Positions 34,201 through 45,187 of a stretch of DNA of 64,000 nt are shown in pieces. Below the pieces are notes generated by a model. That model was not told the DNA's origin. It saw only the letters and a program-made list of their open reading frames with translations, and searched no databases. How positions within the stretch are numbered: position 1 is the first letter of the stretch; each line of letters opens with the position of its first letter. Both the position numbers and the translations under genes were made by a program. Source of the stretch: Lepidodermella squamata (Eukaryota; Animalia; Gastrotricha); assembly GCA_047495785.1 (NCBI GenBank), contig JBLDXI010000007.1, positions 3,224,001 to 3,288,000 on the forward strand, read 5' to 3'.

Positions 34201-37200
34201 CCATAGGGGAAGTAACTGTCCGCCACAATAAGTCAAACTTTTTGACACATTTTTCTAATTGAATTATAACTTGGTTTGGTAACGTGACTCGGCCAACCCT
34301 GGAAAATTATGGCTAAAAATACCAAACTTCCAAATCACAGACGTCTACTTCGGCCGAACTCACACTGTGTAAGCCGTTGCTAACGTTTAGCTTCCCTAGC
34401 AACGCTTGATTATAATTGACGCGACATGGCTTTACCATGGCGGCAGAACAAGAAGACAAGGCGGAATAATCAGATGTATAAACCACATTATTTGTAAATT
34501 GGTGTCACTGTGAATTTCACATTTTTTTACGCACAATCTCGTGAAATCGTCATCTGCATGATTTTTTTAAATTATTTTGGGTGAATTATTTTAATTTTTT
34601 TTAATTTGCAGGCACGCACCTTATACGCCGGACGATAAGCTGCTCGATTATCTGAATAAAAACTATGAACTGCGCTGCAATGACAATCGATGGAATCAAG
34701 GCATCACTCCGGAGGATCTCAACATCCCGAACACTATTGTCCGCCTTATTCACCAGGTAACGGACTTGATGGTTTGGTAATTTGATCATAGTCAAAGCCT
34801 ATTTTTTTGTCCAGCCTGACGGTGCAGAGGCGCTAAGAGAGGCAAAGCGAGAGTCATGGTCTAAGAAAACCGATTTTCTCTTGGTAAGTATTTTTGTTCT
34901 TGGGTAGAAGACCAGGCGTAAAGATACGGATCGGAAATATACTTATCTGTTTCCTTGTCAAATTGTCTTGGTCACCCTGCAGGATTTCCAAAAATATGTT
35001 TGGCTCCCATTTGGCTAGATGAGACGGGCGAAAAATGAAATTGACTCATTTCCCATCACCTTTTATTCATAAGCAGAACTCAACACCAAATCAGCGAAAA
35101 AGCCCACACAGTATAATTAATCATCACAATAATATAATAAGACCCTTAACCAGATGAGGCTTCGAGAATTGCTTTCATCCCCAGCAAATTAGATTCCATA
35201 ATATGCATTTCTTTGCGGGAGCTTTGGTTGTTGTCGGTGCCGTCGTATTTTGCTTGGTAGGGCTGGCCGTGCTGGTTGGCGAGGTGCTTTCACTGTGTTG
35301 AGCAGCCTGCTTCACGTGAGGTTTAGCTGTTGTAGCCGGGGCTTTAGCAGCCTGCTTTTTGGTGGTACCAGCCGATACGGCAATCACCAACGTGACCTAA
35401 GCAGCAACAATTAATTTCGAAATTTCTAGAAGGTTCATCTTACGAGAAGAGCGGTGACAAGTAAGAGCCTCATCTCAGAGAAACAGAGAAAAATATATTT
35501 TCCTTATAAGTTAAATTAATGAAGAATGAGCTTATTATGCTAACAACAAGCGAGGAAAGTTGCTCCGTTGTTATGAAGCGTCTTCCAGCCATCATCTAAG
35601 CAAATAAACTAAGCGCGGCGTGCGAGTTAAAAATCGATAGTGAAGAAGAGGTGGGAGTAATACTGGGCAATTGATAAGTTCCAAATACAGGCTCTTAATG
35701 ATCTTATATCCGACTACAGTCCCTCATCGGCTTCACCGTTGATCTGTCGAGTGTCTGGAAGTTTCCATACCTGGTATTTTCAAATGGAGGCGGGGCATTT
35801 TTCATACCCTACACCCTCATGTTGGTCTTGGGAGGTCTGCCGCTCTTCTACATGGAGCTCGCCCTCGGTCAGTACAACAAAAAAGGCGCTATAACGTGCT
35901 GGGGCCAGATTTGCCCGTTGTTCAAAGGCGTTGGCTACACGTTGGTCCTAATCGCGCTCTACGTCGATTTGTACTACAACGTCATCATATCATGGTGTCT
36001 GTACTACTTCTTCGCGTCTTTTGCTTTGGTCCTGCCGTGGACCAACTGCAACAACACGTGGAACACGGAAAACTGCATGGATTCTGCCGTGAGTGCCCTC
36101 GAGTTGACAGACATTTCAAGCTTTTCGTCAGAGATGGACGGCAATCGAACATCATCGTCTTTCGAATATTTTTAGTGAGTCATGAATTTTCTTGATTTTT
36201 GCATATGATTTTTCGTCGATTTTCAGCCGAGGCGTTTTGGAGATGCACGAAGCCGATGGCATAAACGATTTGGGCTCAATAAAAAGCAAAATGGCGTTTT
36301 GCATATTGCTCATCTTTGTTCTGTGTTATTTCGCCCTCTGGAAAGGCGTTTCTACCTCTGGCAAGGTGGTTTGGTTCGCTACAATGTACCCCTACATTGC
36401 CATGGTAAGTTAACCCCTTGTAACTAAGTACGCTATTCCTTAGCAACCATATCTTAGATAATGCTTTTGATCATGTCGGCCACTCTTCCTGGTGCATGGG
36501 ACGGCGTAAAATACTTTCTGAACCCGCAATTTGACAAACTGCTCGTCCCGGAGGTCTGGCAAGAAGCTGCCTCTCAAGTATTCTTTTCGCTCGGTCCCGG
36601 TTTCGGCGTGCTTCTCGCCTTTGCTTCTTACAACAAATTCAACAACAAAATTCACATGTAAATAGCTGTTTCTCATCGATAAATTTTGATTCCATTTTAA
36701 TGTTCCATATTCAGAGATGCTCTTGTTGGCACCTTTGCCAGCTTTATAACCAGTGTCTTAGCCGGTCTCGTAATCTTCTGTGGATTAGGCTACATTTGCC
36801 ACAAAACTAACAAAAAGATCGAAGATGTTGCTGTTCGAGGAAACGGCCTGGTTTTCGCTCTATACCCCGAAGCTCTGGCGACTTTCCCCGCCCCAACTGT
36901 ATGGGCTCTGATGTACTTCATGATGCTTCTATCACTAGGTCTTACTAGCTCGGTAAGTTTGATTTGATAGCCTGATGTGGGGGTTAAAAGGTATTTTTCA
37001 GCTCGGAGGATCTGAAGCTATTATAACAGCTCTTTCAGACGAATTTCCCAACATAATCGGAAACAATCGCGAGAAATTTGTCGCTGCTCTCTTCACCTTC
37101 TACTTCCTGTTCAATCTTCTTTGCGCGACTCAGGGCGGAGCCTACGTCGTAGAACTCATGGACTTCTACGCTGTGCAGTATTCTATTCTCGTCGCTGTGT

Positions 37201-37682
37201 TCTTTGAAACACTAGCTATATCCTGGTTCTACGGCATTGAACAGTTCTCGAAAGATATTGAAGAGATGATTGGCCATAAGCCAGGTCTTTTCTGGCGAAT
37301 TTGTTGGCGATTTGTCGCTCCGATCTTCATTCTTCTGATCTTAGTCATGGGTATTGCTGGATGGCAGCCTTTGACCATGGAATACGGGGAATTGTACGAA
37401 TTCCCGACCTGGGCTAATGTTGTTGGCTGGCTCATGGCTGTTTCTTCAATTCTCTGCATCCCAGCTGTTGCGATTCACAAATTCGCCTCATGCCGCGGGA
37501 CATTCCGCGAACGCTGGAAGCAATCGATCATGCCATGGCGGGTTGAAATCTTGAGAAATTTGCCGCGAAAGGGCGAGGTTACTGTTCGAGAGTCAACTGT
37601 CACTATAATTGGGCCGAAAGAAGTGGCTGTTGAGGGGCCGAAAACATTTTTCCAGAAAGTCAAAGCCGCAATTACGATTTGA
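31220..37682 (+). CDS. SLC6 dopamine-transporter-like, copy 2
   Basis: Exon 31220-31401 (phase 2) joins 34612 (HAPYTPDDK...[10 protein letters not shown], matching copy 1 exon 2); [12 protein letters not shown]|[18 protein letters not shown]; remaining exons 35720-37682. Confidence 0.88.
33623..33897 (+). CDS. Putative alternative first coding exon of SLC6 copy 2
   Basis: ATG-initiated open 275 nt ending CAG|gtaagc, phase 2, compatible with the 34612 acceptor. Confidence 0.55.
35175..35473 (-). CDS. Nested antisense intronic gene: 83-aa secreted Thr/Ala/Lys-rich peptide precursor
   Basis: Exon 35473-35444 ([10 protein letters not shown]), intron gtaag..ttag, exon 35396-35175 ([10 protein letters not shown]...[13 protein letters not shown]). 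Lies within SLC6 intron 34884-35719. Confidence 0.75.
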
Positions 37683-38080
37683 AACTGTGTTGTGCTATAA
37701 TTGTATTAAAATTTGTAGACTAATTCAAGTCAAATGGATGAAGAATATATGTAATAAACAATTTTGATGTTATCATGAGTAATTTTAGTCATAATGTAAT
37801 ATAAATCCAAAAAAAGAGCCTTTGTCGCAACCGTCACTTCGGAAATCAGATTTTGCGCAAAACTGTTGACACTTACACGCGTTAAAATCCAAACGTCCAA
37901 ATGGCATCGTATCAGAAACTTCGTTGTTGGGCTGTGTTCTGAATCGGAGATAGTGAGTTACACAGTCCATTGCCTTTATCGCCCCCTTTGTCTCATTATC
38001 TGGCGTATGCTTATCTCTTCCATCGGACTACCACTGAGAATAGTAGGCAAAAACCTATTTCCGCAAAGAAACATCAGAAA

Positions 38081-40180
38081 ATGTGGCAGTTGGACTTTAC
38101 ATCACCCGTACATCCTATAATAATCGATGGCCGCTACGCAATCAAAGGCCAAGTTGGCCAGGGTTCTCAAGGATGTGTCTACGAGATCGAGCCTGTAGCA
38201 AGCAGCGGCAGCTCCCTTATCAACAGTGCGAAGGCCGTCGGCAAACGCATTCAAAGCAAAAACTACGCCGCTGCAATGCAGGAAATAACAATGCTGCAAA
38301 TGCTACGGCATCAGAATGTCGTCAAACTATACGAGGCGATCACTGTTTCGCAGGACGACAGCAGCATTTGGCTAATAATGGAGTACTGCGATGGGGGTGA
38401 TCTTCATAGGCTGATCAGACAACGTAGCATCCTCAGCAAACCATTCATTGAGTCTGAAATCATCGATATTTTCGTGCAGCTAATGCGAGGAGTGCGTCAT
38501 CTCCACAAAAGCGGCATAGTCCATCGCGATATAAAGCCGAGCAATATTTTCCTGATGGGAGGCATCGTGAAGCTCGGAGATTTCGGAATTTCGAGGCAGT
38601 TTACCTCAAATGAAGCGATGAGAACATTTGTCGGCACTTGGCCATACATGGCACCGGAATGCCTCACCTTCCAAGAGTATACTGAAGCTGCGGAGATGTG
38701 GTCTTGCGGATGTGTTCTGTATGAACTTTGCTGCTTGAAACCGCCTTTTTCAGGCAATATCCCAGATATCTTGAAAAAAATTCACGAAGAGATGCCAACA
38801 CTTGAGGACGAATATGAAGGCAGATTCGACGAGGCGTTTAGAGAGTAAGATTTCCCGATACGATTTTGTTCTGTTTCAATGCGATCACTTCTAGGCTAAT
38901 GGCTTTAGATCCTTCAAACAGAATTTCAGCATTCAGCTTTCTCGAAAAGTTCTTCATCAGCGAGCAGCAGACCAACAAGACTGTTCTTCTTGTTGGAATG
39001 ACTGGTATGTCCTTGAACCAAAATAAAATTGAATTAAGCCAAATTTACAGGCGTCGGAAAGTCTACATTTGGAAATTTGATCGCTGGTTCGGATGTTTTT
39101 GCCACAAGTGATGGCATAGCTGGCTGCACCTTTCAAAACAACGTATACCATGCAAACGATATCGGCGTAACTATCGTTGACACAATGGGTGTTGCTGACC
39201 CCGATAAAGAAGAGGTTGAAACCAGGCGAAAAATTTCTTCAGCCCTGGATGCGACGAAAGATGGCGTTGACATAATCTTCTTCTGCATGGAGATGCATCG
39301 AATGACTAAGGATAGATATGAGGTCTTCAATACGCTGCTATCAACCTTCAGAGCTGCCTGTAAGCCGAATCTTTGCCTGGTCCTTACAAATTGTGGGCCA
39401 AAATACGTATTTGGCGCCGACAAAGAAGCAGTCAAACGCGAGCGCGATAAATACCTGGATCAATGCCGTAGCAACACCGGAGAGACTGGTCGGATGTTTC
39501 GAGAAATTTTCGATACCTGCAACAGATCTCCTATTTTCTCGGAGATTCCTGCTCGAGATGAAGACCCATCAATAGAAGCTGTTAACATCAGACGAAGAGC
39601 TGAGCTTCGAGCTACTCTGGTCCAAACTATCAAATCCTGGAATGTTCTGAAGTTCACTTCAGACGCAGCGCTTCGGGAAAGGGAGCAAGAGGCGCGTAGG
39701 CAAGAAGCCATTGAAAAACTGCGTCTCGAGCGAATGAAAGACGCCGAGACTCTTCATACTCTGAAGCAAGACAAACAGCAATGGGAGCAGCGTTGCAATC
39801 TCGAGCAGCGCATTCGGAAAATTCAAGAATCAGCCTACAATTCACGCCGTCCAAGGCAGCAATTTCATGAGCAGTTTTGCGTGAAACGAAAGTGCATGAA
39901 ATGGCGCAGGCTGACCGAGGCTAATCGAGCTGGCTTACTGGCTCAAACGGTCAGCCTTCGAACGCTTTGGTTCAAACATTGCGAGGAGTGCAAAACTTGT
40001 CAAGCCTGTCAAATTTGCGCCCTGGAATTCGAACTAGAAGATTTGTACTCAAAAGACAGTTTCCTTCGTGATTGTATCAAGAGTTCGAATTTTGAGGCGT
40101 TAACTAGGCTTGAAAACGCTCTTGTGTCGGCTTGTAAAGCTGAGCTTTTAGATAAGAAAAATATGTGTTCTATCATGTGA
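38081..40180 (+). CDS. NEK-like Ser/Thr kinase fused to AIG1/GIMAP-type GTPase, coiled coil, Cys-rich region and CaaX (667 aa)
   Basis: Exons 38081-38844, 38895-39004, 39051-40180. Kinase GQGSQG, HRDIKPSN, DFG, APE; spliced P-loop VLLVGMTG|VGKSTFGN; IVDTMG; ends KKNMCSIM*. Confidence 0.88.
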
Positions 40181-40568
40181 GAAAATTAGAAAATTAGTAA
40201 AGTTATTATGCGGAATTTCATTTCTGTCTCTAAAATATTCGAATCCGTTACAAATTTCATCCATTTCCAGGACACCTCCATTTTTTGAACTGCAACAAAT
40301 TTTGAAGTCCCGCGACATCATGTTCACTCGCCCTCTTCATTCGACATTACAGTTATTTTTTTGACGCGTAGCTGCATAAGCCACGGCGAAGTGCGGAGTT
40401 AGCGCCTCCAGATGATGGTGCGACTTCAAAATTCATGCATAGAATATTTACTAGGTAATTAGTGTCCTAATGGATCACGGACCAGATAAATGCTTGAAAA
40501 GCATGTTTTCCTGTGTTGCTGGTTATTCAATTTTTGATGTCTCAAAACAAGTTTTGAGCTTCTCAGAT

Positions 40569-43500
40569 ATGATGAAGCTATCGCTGGTTTTGTGCGTAGC
40601 TTTTTTCAGCAGATTCAATGGGATCGGTGAGCTTTTTGAGAAAATTGAGAGTCTATTCAATTGTTGTGTTCAAAGTTGCCCCCTACATTCCTCAGCCTGA
40701 TATATCGGTTTTCCCGCTCCCAGTTTCGAACGCGGGGCCAGTGGCTTATAGCAGTGTTACCTCTGAAGACCTATCACCTTATAACAATGTTACTGTATTG
40801 GGTGCATTTTCGGCTGTCACAAACATATACGGTTTGAGCGATGCGAGGCAAGTATCAGATTTGGTCAGCCAATATGATTATGGCCTGCTTATAATGGCTG
40901 TGAGAATTATCATCAATTTATTTAAGATAAGGCTTTTATTGCTTGCAATCACAGAACAAGTTTCCAAATAATTTCACGAACTGGCGAGCTGAAATGGACA
41001 TCACTGCGAGGTTTAACACATCCTATAACACCAGCACCCCAGCCACCTTTGGTTTAATTTTGTCAAATTCACTAGCCATGATTTCAAGTGAGATTTTATA
41101 TAATCCGCTCATCTCTTCATAATTTTGCGTTTCAGCTGATACAACTGGATGCTACGATACGGTTTCAAAGGTTAAGGGCATCGTAATCTGGCAGGAATTG
41201 ATACGTGACGGCAGAATGCACGTTTCTCAGGTGGACACAACGAATACAAATTGCCAAGTTCCATGTCAACCGGTCTTAGCTACTTGCAGCAATAGCTTGT
41301 TCAACACATCGGGCAATGTTAGATTCAAGCTTTTCATCCATGGAATCGGCGACACTATAACTGTTGCGGTGGCTTCAATCCCTGCCCAGCAGCCTGCGTC
41401 GATCTGCGTCGAGAACTTGAATGTTAACAATTTGACAGGCATGATTACGAGTGGGGGCATGCAAATTCAGTTTTCGGCGTATTGCACGCAATACCAGGGC
41501 TACTACGAAATGAGAAGTTTCTACCTCTGGTCTCTTTCACCGTCGAACGTTACCAGTAGTACAAATCAACCTACTACCAGAACCTCAACCATATCTTCAA
41601 CGCCAACGAACCCTGCCTCATCAGCATATACATCCTCAAGTCCAACAGCCACAGCCAGTACAACAACCCGGTATATTGGCTCCTTAACGCCGACCGCTGC
41701 ATTCAGCTTACTGCCTCTTCCTTACTTCTGGTCCGATCCACCTAGTTACCAGGCGCAAAATTCGTTCGATATTTCCAATCCTAATGTAAATGCCACTGCT
41801 AATCTGGTTGCTCAATATGGGGCAAAGGTCAGTGCTAGTGGGCTGGAATTGAATCCTAATGACGAAGTCGGAGCGGTGAAAATTAATAATTTCATGGACG
41901 GGAGTAACATAGCATTTCGGGTTGAAATTGATGCCAGCGCAAACTTCGCCGCATCAAGCGGACTACCCGGCTATTTCGTATTCAGCCTATCAACATCTCA
42001 CGGATCAGTTGGTAAATTGTTTTCAGACCATCCAGTTCGTATTTGTCGATTTATTCTTTCTTAGTAAGCGACCAGGCCGGAAAAAACAATTCTCTGGTCA
42101 ACTTTGATGGCTTGCACATATCTCTTGAGTTGGCTGATGGGGGCAAGGTGTATGTAGCCTACGACGGGGTGATGGAAACTACAAGCCAAGCTGTTCCTTT
42201 TTCCGATGATTACATATCACAGCCCATTTTCGGGATCTTCAACACGTCTGGAATAATAGAATTCCGTTTTGTTGTTCAAGTCGCAGATGACATAGTTTCG
42301 GTAAACTCTACCAACATTGATGTTCCATATATCATTTTTTGTATTCCATAAGGTCGCCATAATTCCTCTGACTAGTCAGCAGGCAAATATCGCTGTATCG
42401 GAATTTTATGCTTCTGGGCTTTTCGCTAATCAAATCAGAACCGAGGTAGCAACAATTCAGTTGTATGGATTTCAAGGATCGAATTGTGATCTGACTGTGA
42501 AGAATTTGTACACCTGGACCTTGAAAGGTTCGGTTGGCACAACGGTTACATCAACTACGCAGAAGCCATCTACATCATCAACATCTCCGGCAGCTAAAAC
42601 TTCGACTACTACCACCACTACAACTTCAGCTACAACAACTACTCATACTGCTTCTTCTGAAACGTCAACAGTCGAATTAGCAACTGAGCCGCAGATCAGC
42701 TATGATTTTGAGAAAAGTATTGCGACTTCGGATTTCCCAATACCGACTGTGATTGCTGGAAATATCCTGCCATTAGTGAAAAATGAAGATCTGCTGCCTT
42801 GCCCATGGATAGGTTCATCAGCCAGGTTAGTTTGCAGATCAATTCGATTCTTGGTAAAGAGTTCTTTACTTCAGATCACCGGCCCCAGAGACCAAAATCT
42901 TCATAACCTTCGAACTGAAGCGACTTTTCGAGATCAATGCTCATTCCCGGGAAATGTCTGTCGCAGCTCGACTAATCGTTCAGTGGGTGGTAAATTCATG
43001 CCCTGCTGACATCACCGCCCCAGGCGTCGATGAACCTGATCGAGTTTACGTTGTGAAGAAGCAAGATGTCTGGGTACCTGGTTTACGTCTAGCTAATGCT
43101 ACGTCAGATGACTACCTGGAGAACGGCTTCAAAGAACAACTTCAAATCGTATTCTACCCAACAACTCCTAACCGAACCCTATTCTTCCATTGGTTGAAGT
43201 TCGGAACTGTTAGATCGCAGTGCTCGTTGAAGTTACGCAAGTTCCCCTTCGATTCCCAGCGGTGTGATTTCACTTTTGAACTCGATGAATGGGACGAGTT
43301 TCTTTCGTTCGGCGGGACAAAGTTGAATTTCGATTCATCTTTTGAAAGCGAGCTGTGGAAGTTGGAATCGAAATCAGTGTCCTCAGGCATCACGTCATCT
43401 CTACTGCTCAGAAATTCCACATCGAGCTATGCAAAGTTCACGGTTACATTTTCACGTAAGCCTGGGCCTTATCTTGTCAACTCCCTTGTCCCGTCTATGA

Positions 43501-43871
43501 TTCAAATGGTCCTTGTTTTTTCATCATTCCTCTTCGAACCCGATATGCCGGATAGAGCAGCCTTCTCCGGGACGCTTATGCTGAGCCTCATTGTCATTCA
43601 ATCCGATATTATGCAAGATATACCCGAAACCTCAGAGTCAGTCATATTGGCTGAGTACATTTTGATCCTGTCCTGTCTAACAGGAGTAATTACGCTCTAC
43701 GAAGCAGCGATGCTCGCACTCACGTCGCGCTACTACGCGCTTCACACAGTGAAAATTCGTTTTGCCACCGGCTACATTTGTCTCGGTCGTGCTTTGGACC
43801 TGGAGGCGTTTCTCGTCAGCGTCCTTCTGTTCCTTTTAGCCAATGTTTACGCGGCGGTCGTTATATTCTGA
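40569..43871 (+). CDS. Cys-loop channel subunit with N-terminal tandem lectin-like beta-domains and Ser/Thr stalks (~998 aa)
   Basis: Exons 40569-40626, 40676-40899, 40955-41087, 41136-42011, 42065-42300, 42353-42825, 42875-43871 (2997 nt, all GT-AG, phases compatible). VWVPGL, CSLKLRKFPFDSQRC, FSRKPGPY, 4 TM. Confidence 0.82.
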
Positions 43872-44177
43872 ATTATGAATGATGCGTGGTACATCTATTA
43901 ACACCCCTAAAGTGATCAATACTTCATTTTTTTGTAATCATATGATTTCGTTTTGGGATACCCTGAAAAAAACCAACTTTTTTGCCTTATTTCTGTTGTT
44001 TTCGCTTTATTTATTGTTTTTGTTATTTCCGGATTATAATAACAAGTATATTACTGAGGCATGTGCCCGCGCACGTGTCGCACGTGTTCCGAGCTCGGAA
44101 AACGGCTCATTGCGCGCATCTTCGCTCATTCTCGGTAATTCCGCTTTTTGAGTGAGGTCGCTATTTTCCCACTAAAA

Positions 44178-45086
44178 ATGATGTCATCGCGATTCATCTT
44201 AGCATCCCTATTATTCCATATTGCGGCTTGTTCCTACGACTCCGGTTTAAATAATGAAGTAACCTCGGGCTCAAGTTCCTCGATATCAACCAGCAACAAT
44301 CCAATCACCGATTACGCGTCGTATTTGCTTCAATTCTATTCAGAAGATCCAAATGTTGACTCTGAAAGACGCTGTCTCTCATCCATGGACGATGGCATTT
44401 CAATCGATGTCATCATCGACGTAGCCAACAGCCCTGATTTCGACGACGTTAATGGAATCAGCGTGAAAATGCCGAAAATGATGACTGACGACTTCTCAAA
44501 AGATGACACTGATGATGATGATTCAGCTACCAGCGCTTCTCAAGCTTTCTTCGACTCGATTCAACTATTTCTCGACTTACTACAGGTTGATATTGACCCT
44601 AGCCGCCTTTTCAGTGTTTTGATCGATAAGGGGCAGAAGTACTACATCACTGGCAAAACCCTAAATAGAACTAGACCTGTCAATGCGAGGGCAGATGCTG
44701 GTCCATGCTCCGCCCTGTCGAAGCCTAGCCGCCCTAATGACATTCAAATGACCTCGCTAGGTACTGTGACCAAACTAGCACTCCAGGCTCGTGACACTGG
44801 TCTCCCAATCGTCCTTCGCAACAGCAAGTCTTCAGTCACTGTTTACACTGTTGTGATAACCGATGGCTCTTCTGGATTGCCTGGGCTGTTCTTTTCACAG
44901 GACCGGTCTAAAACCACAATCATAGACATTGGAAAAAGGAGGTTCTCATCTCGAATGTCGTACAACGCGTTGATTCAGTATGCTAACGTAATTATGCTCG
45001 AACATCCTCAACAATTAATGGGCGCTGTCCCAACTGTTCGTTTCACCGCTTGTCGGATGATTCAAGCTTCAAGCGGAGCAAAATAA
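44178..45086 (+). CDS. Secreted vWA-like protein, degenerate MIDAS, acidic insert
   Basis: Signal MMSSRFILASLLFHIAACS; ISIDVIIDVANS (beta1/DxSxS-like), VVITDG (beta4), TIIDIG; intronless, 302 aa. Confidence 0.6.
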   Translation: MMSSRFILASLLFHIAACSYDSGLNNEVTSGSSSSISTSNNPITDYASYLLQFYSEDPNVDSERRCLSSMDDGISIDVIIDVANSPDFDDVNGISVKMPKMMTDDFSKDDTDDDDSATSASQAFFDSIQLFLDLLQVDIDPSRLFSVLIDKGQKYYITGKTLNRTRPVNARADAGPCSALSKPSRPNDIQMTSLGTVTKLALQARDTGLPIVLRNSKSSVTVYTVVITDGSSGLPGLFFSQDRSKTTIIDIGKRRFSSRMSYNALIQYANVIMLEHPQQLMGAVPTVRFTACRMIQASSGAK

Positions 45087-45187
45087 TAAATTAGATGAAA
45101 AGTTCAACAATTATGTTGGTGGTGGCCATTTTCTATCACTTGAAAAAATATATTTATTCCTGGAATTTCAATTGAATAAAACATTTT

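Noticed and set aside
37970-38080. N-terminal extension of the kinase ORF, and other TTG/GTG starts in the ORF track
   Set aside because: Non-ATG starts are a bacterial-code artefact; the first in-frame ATG was used.
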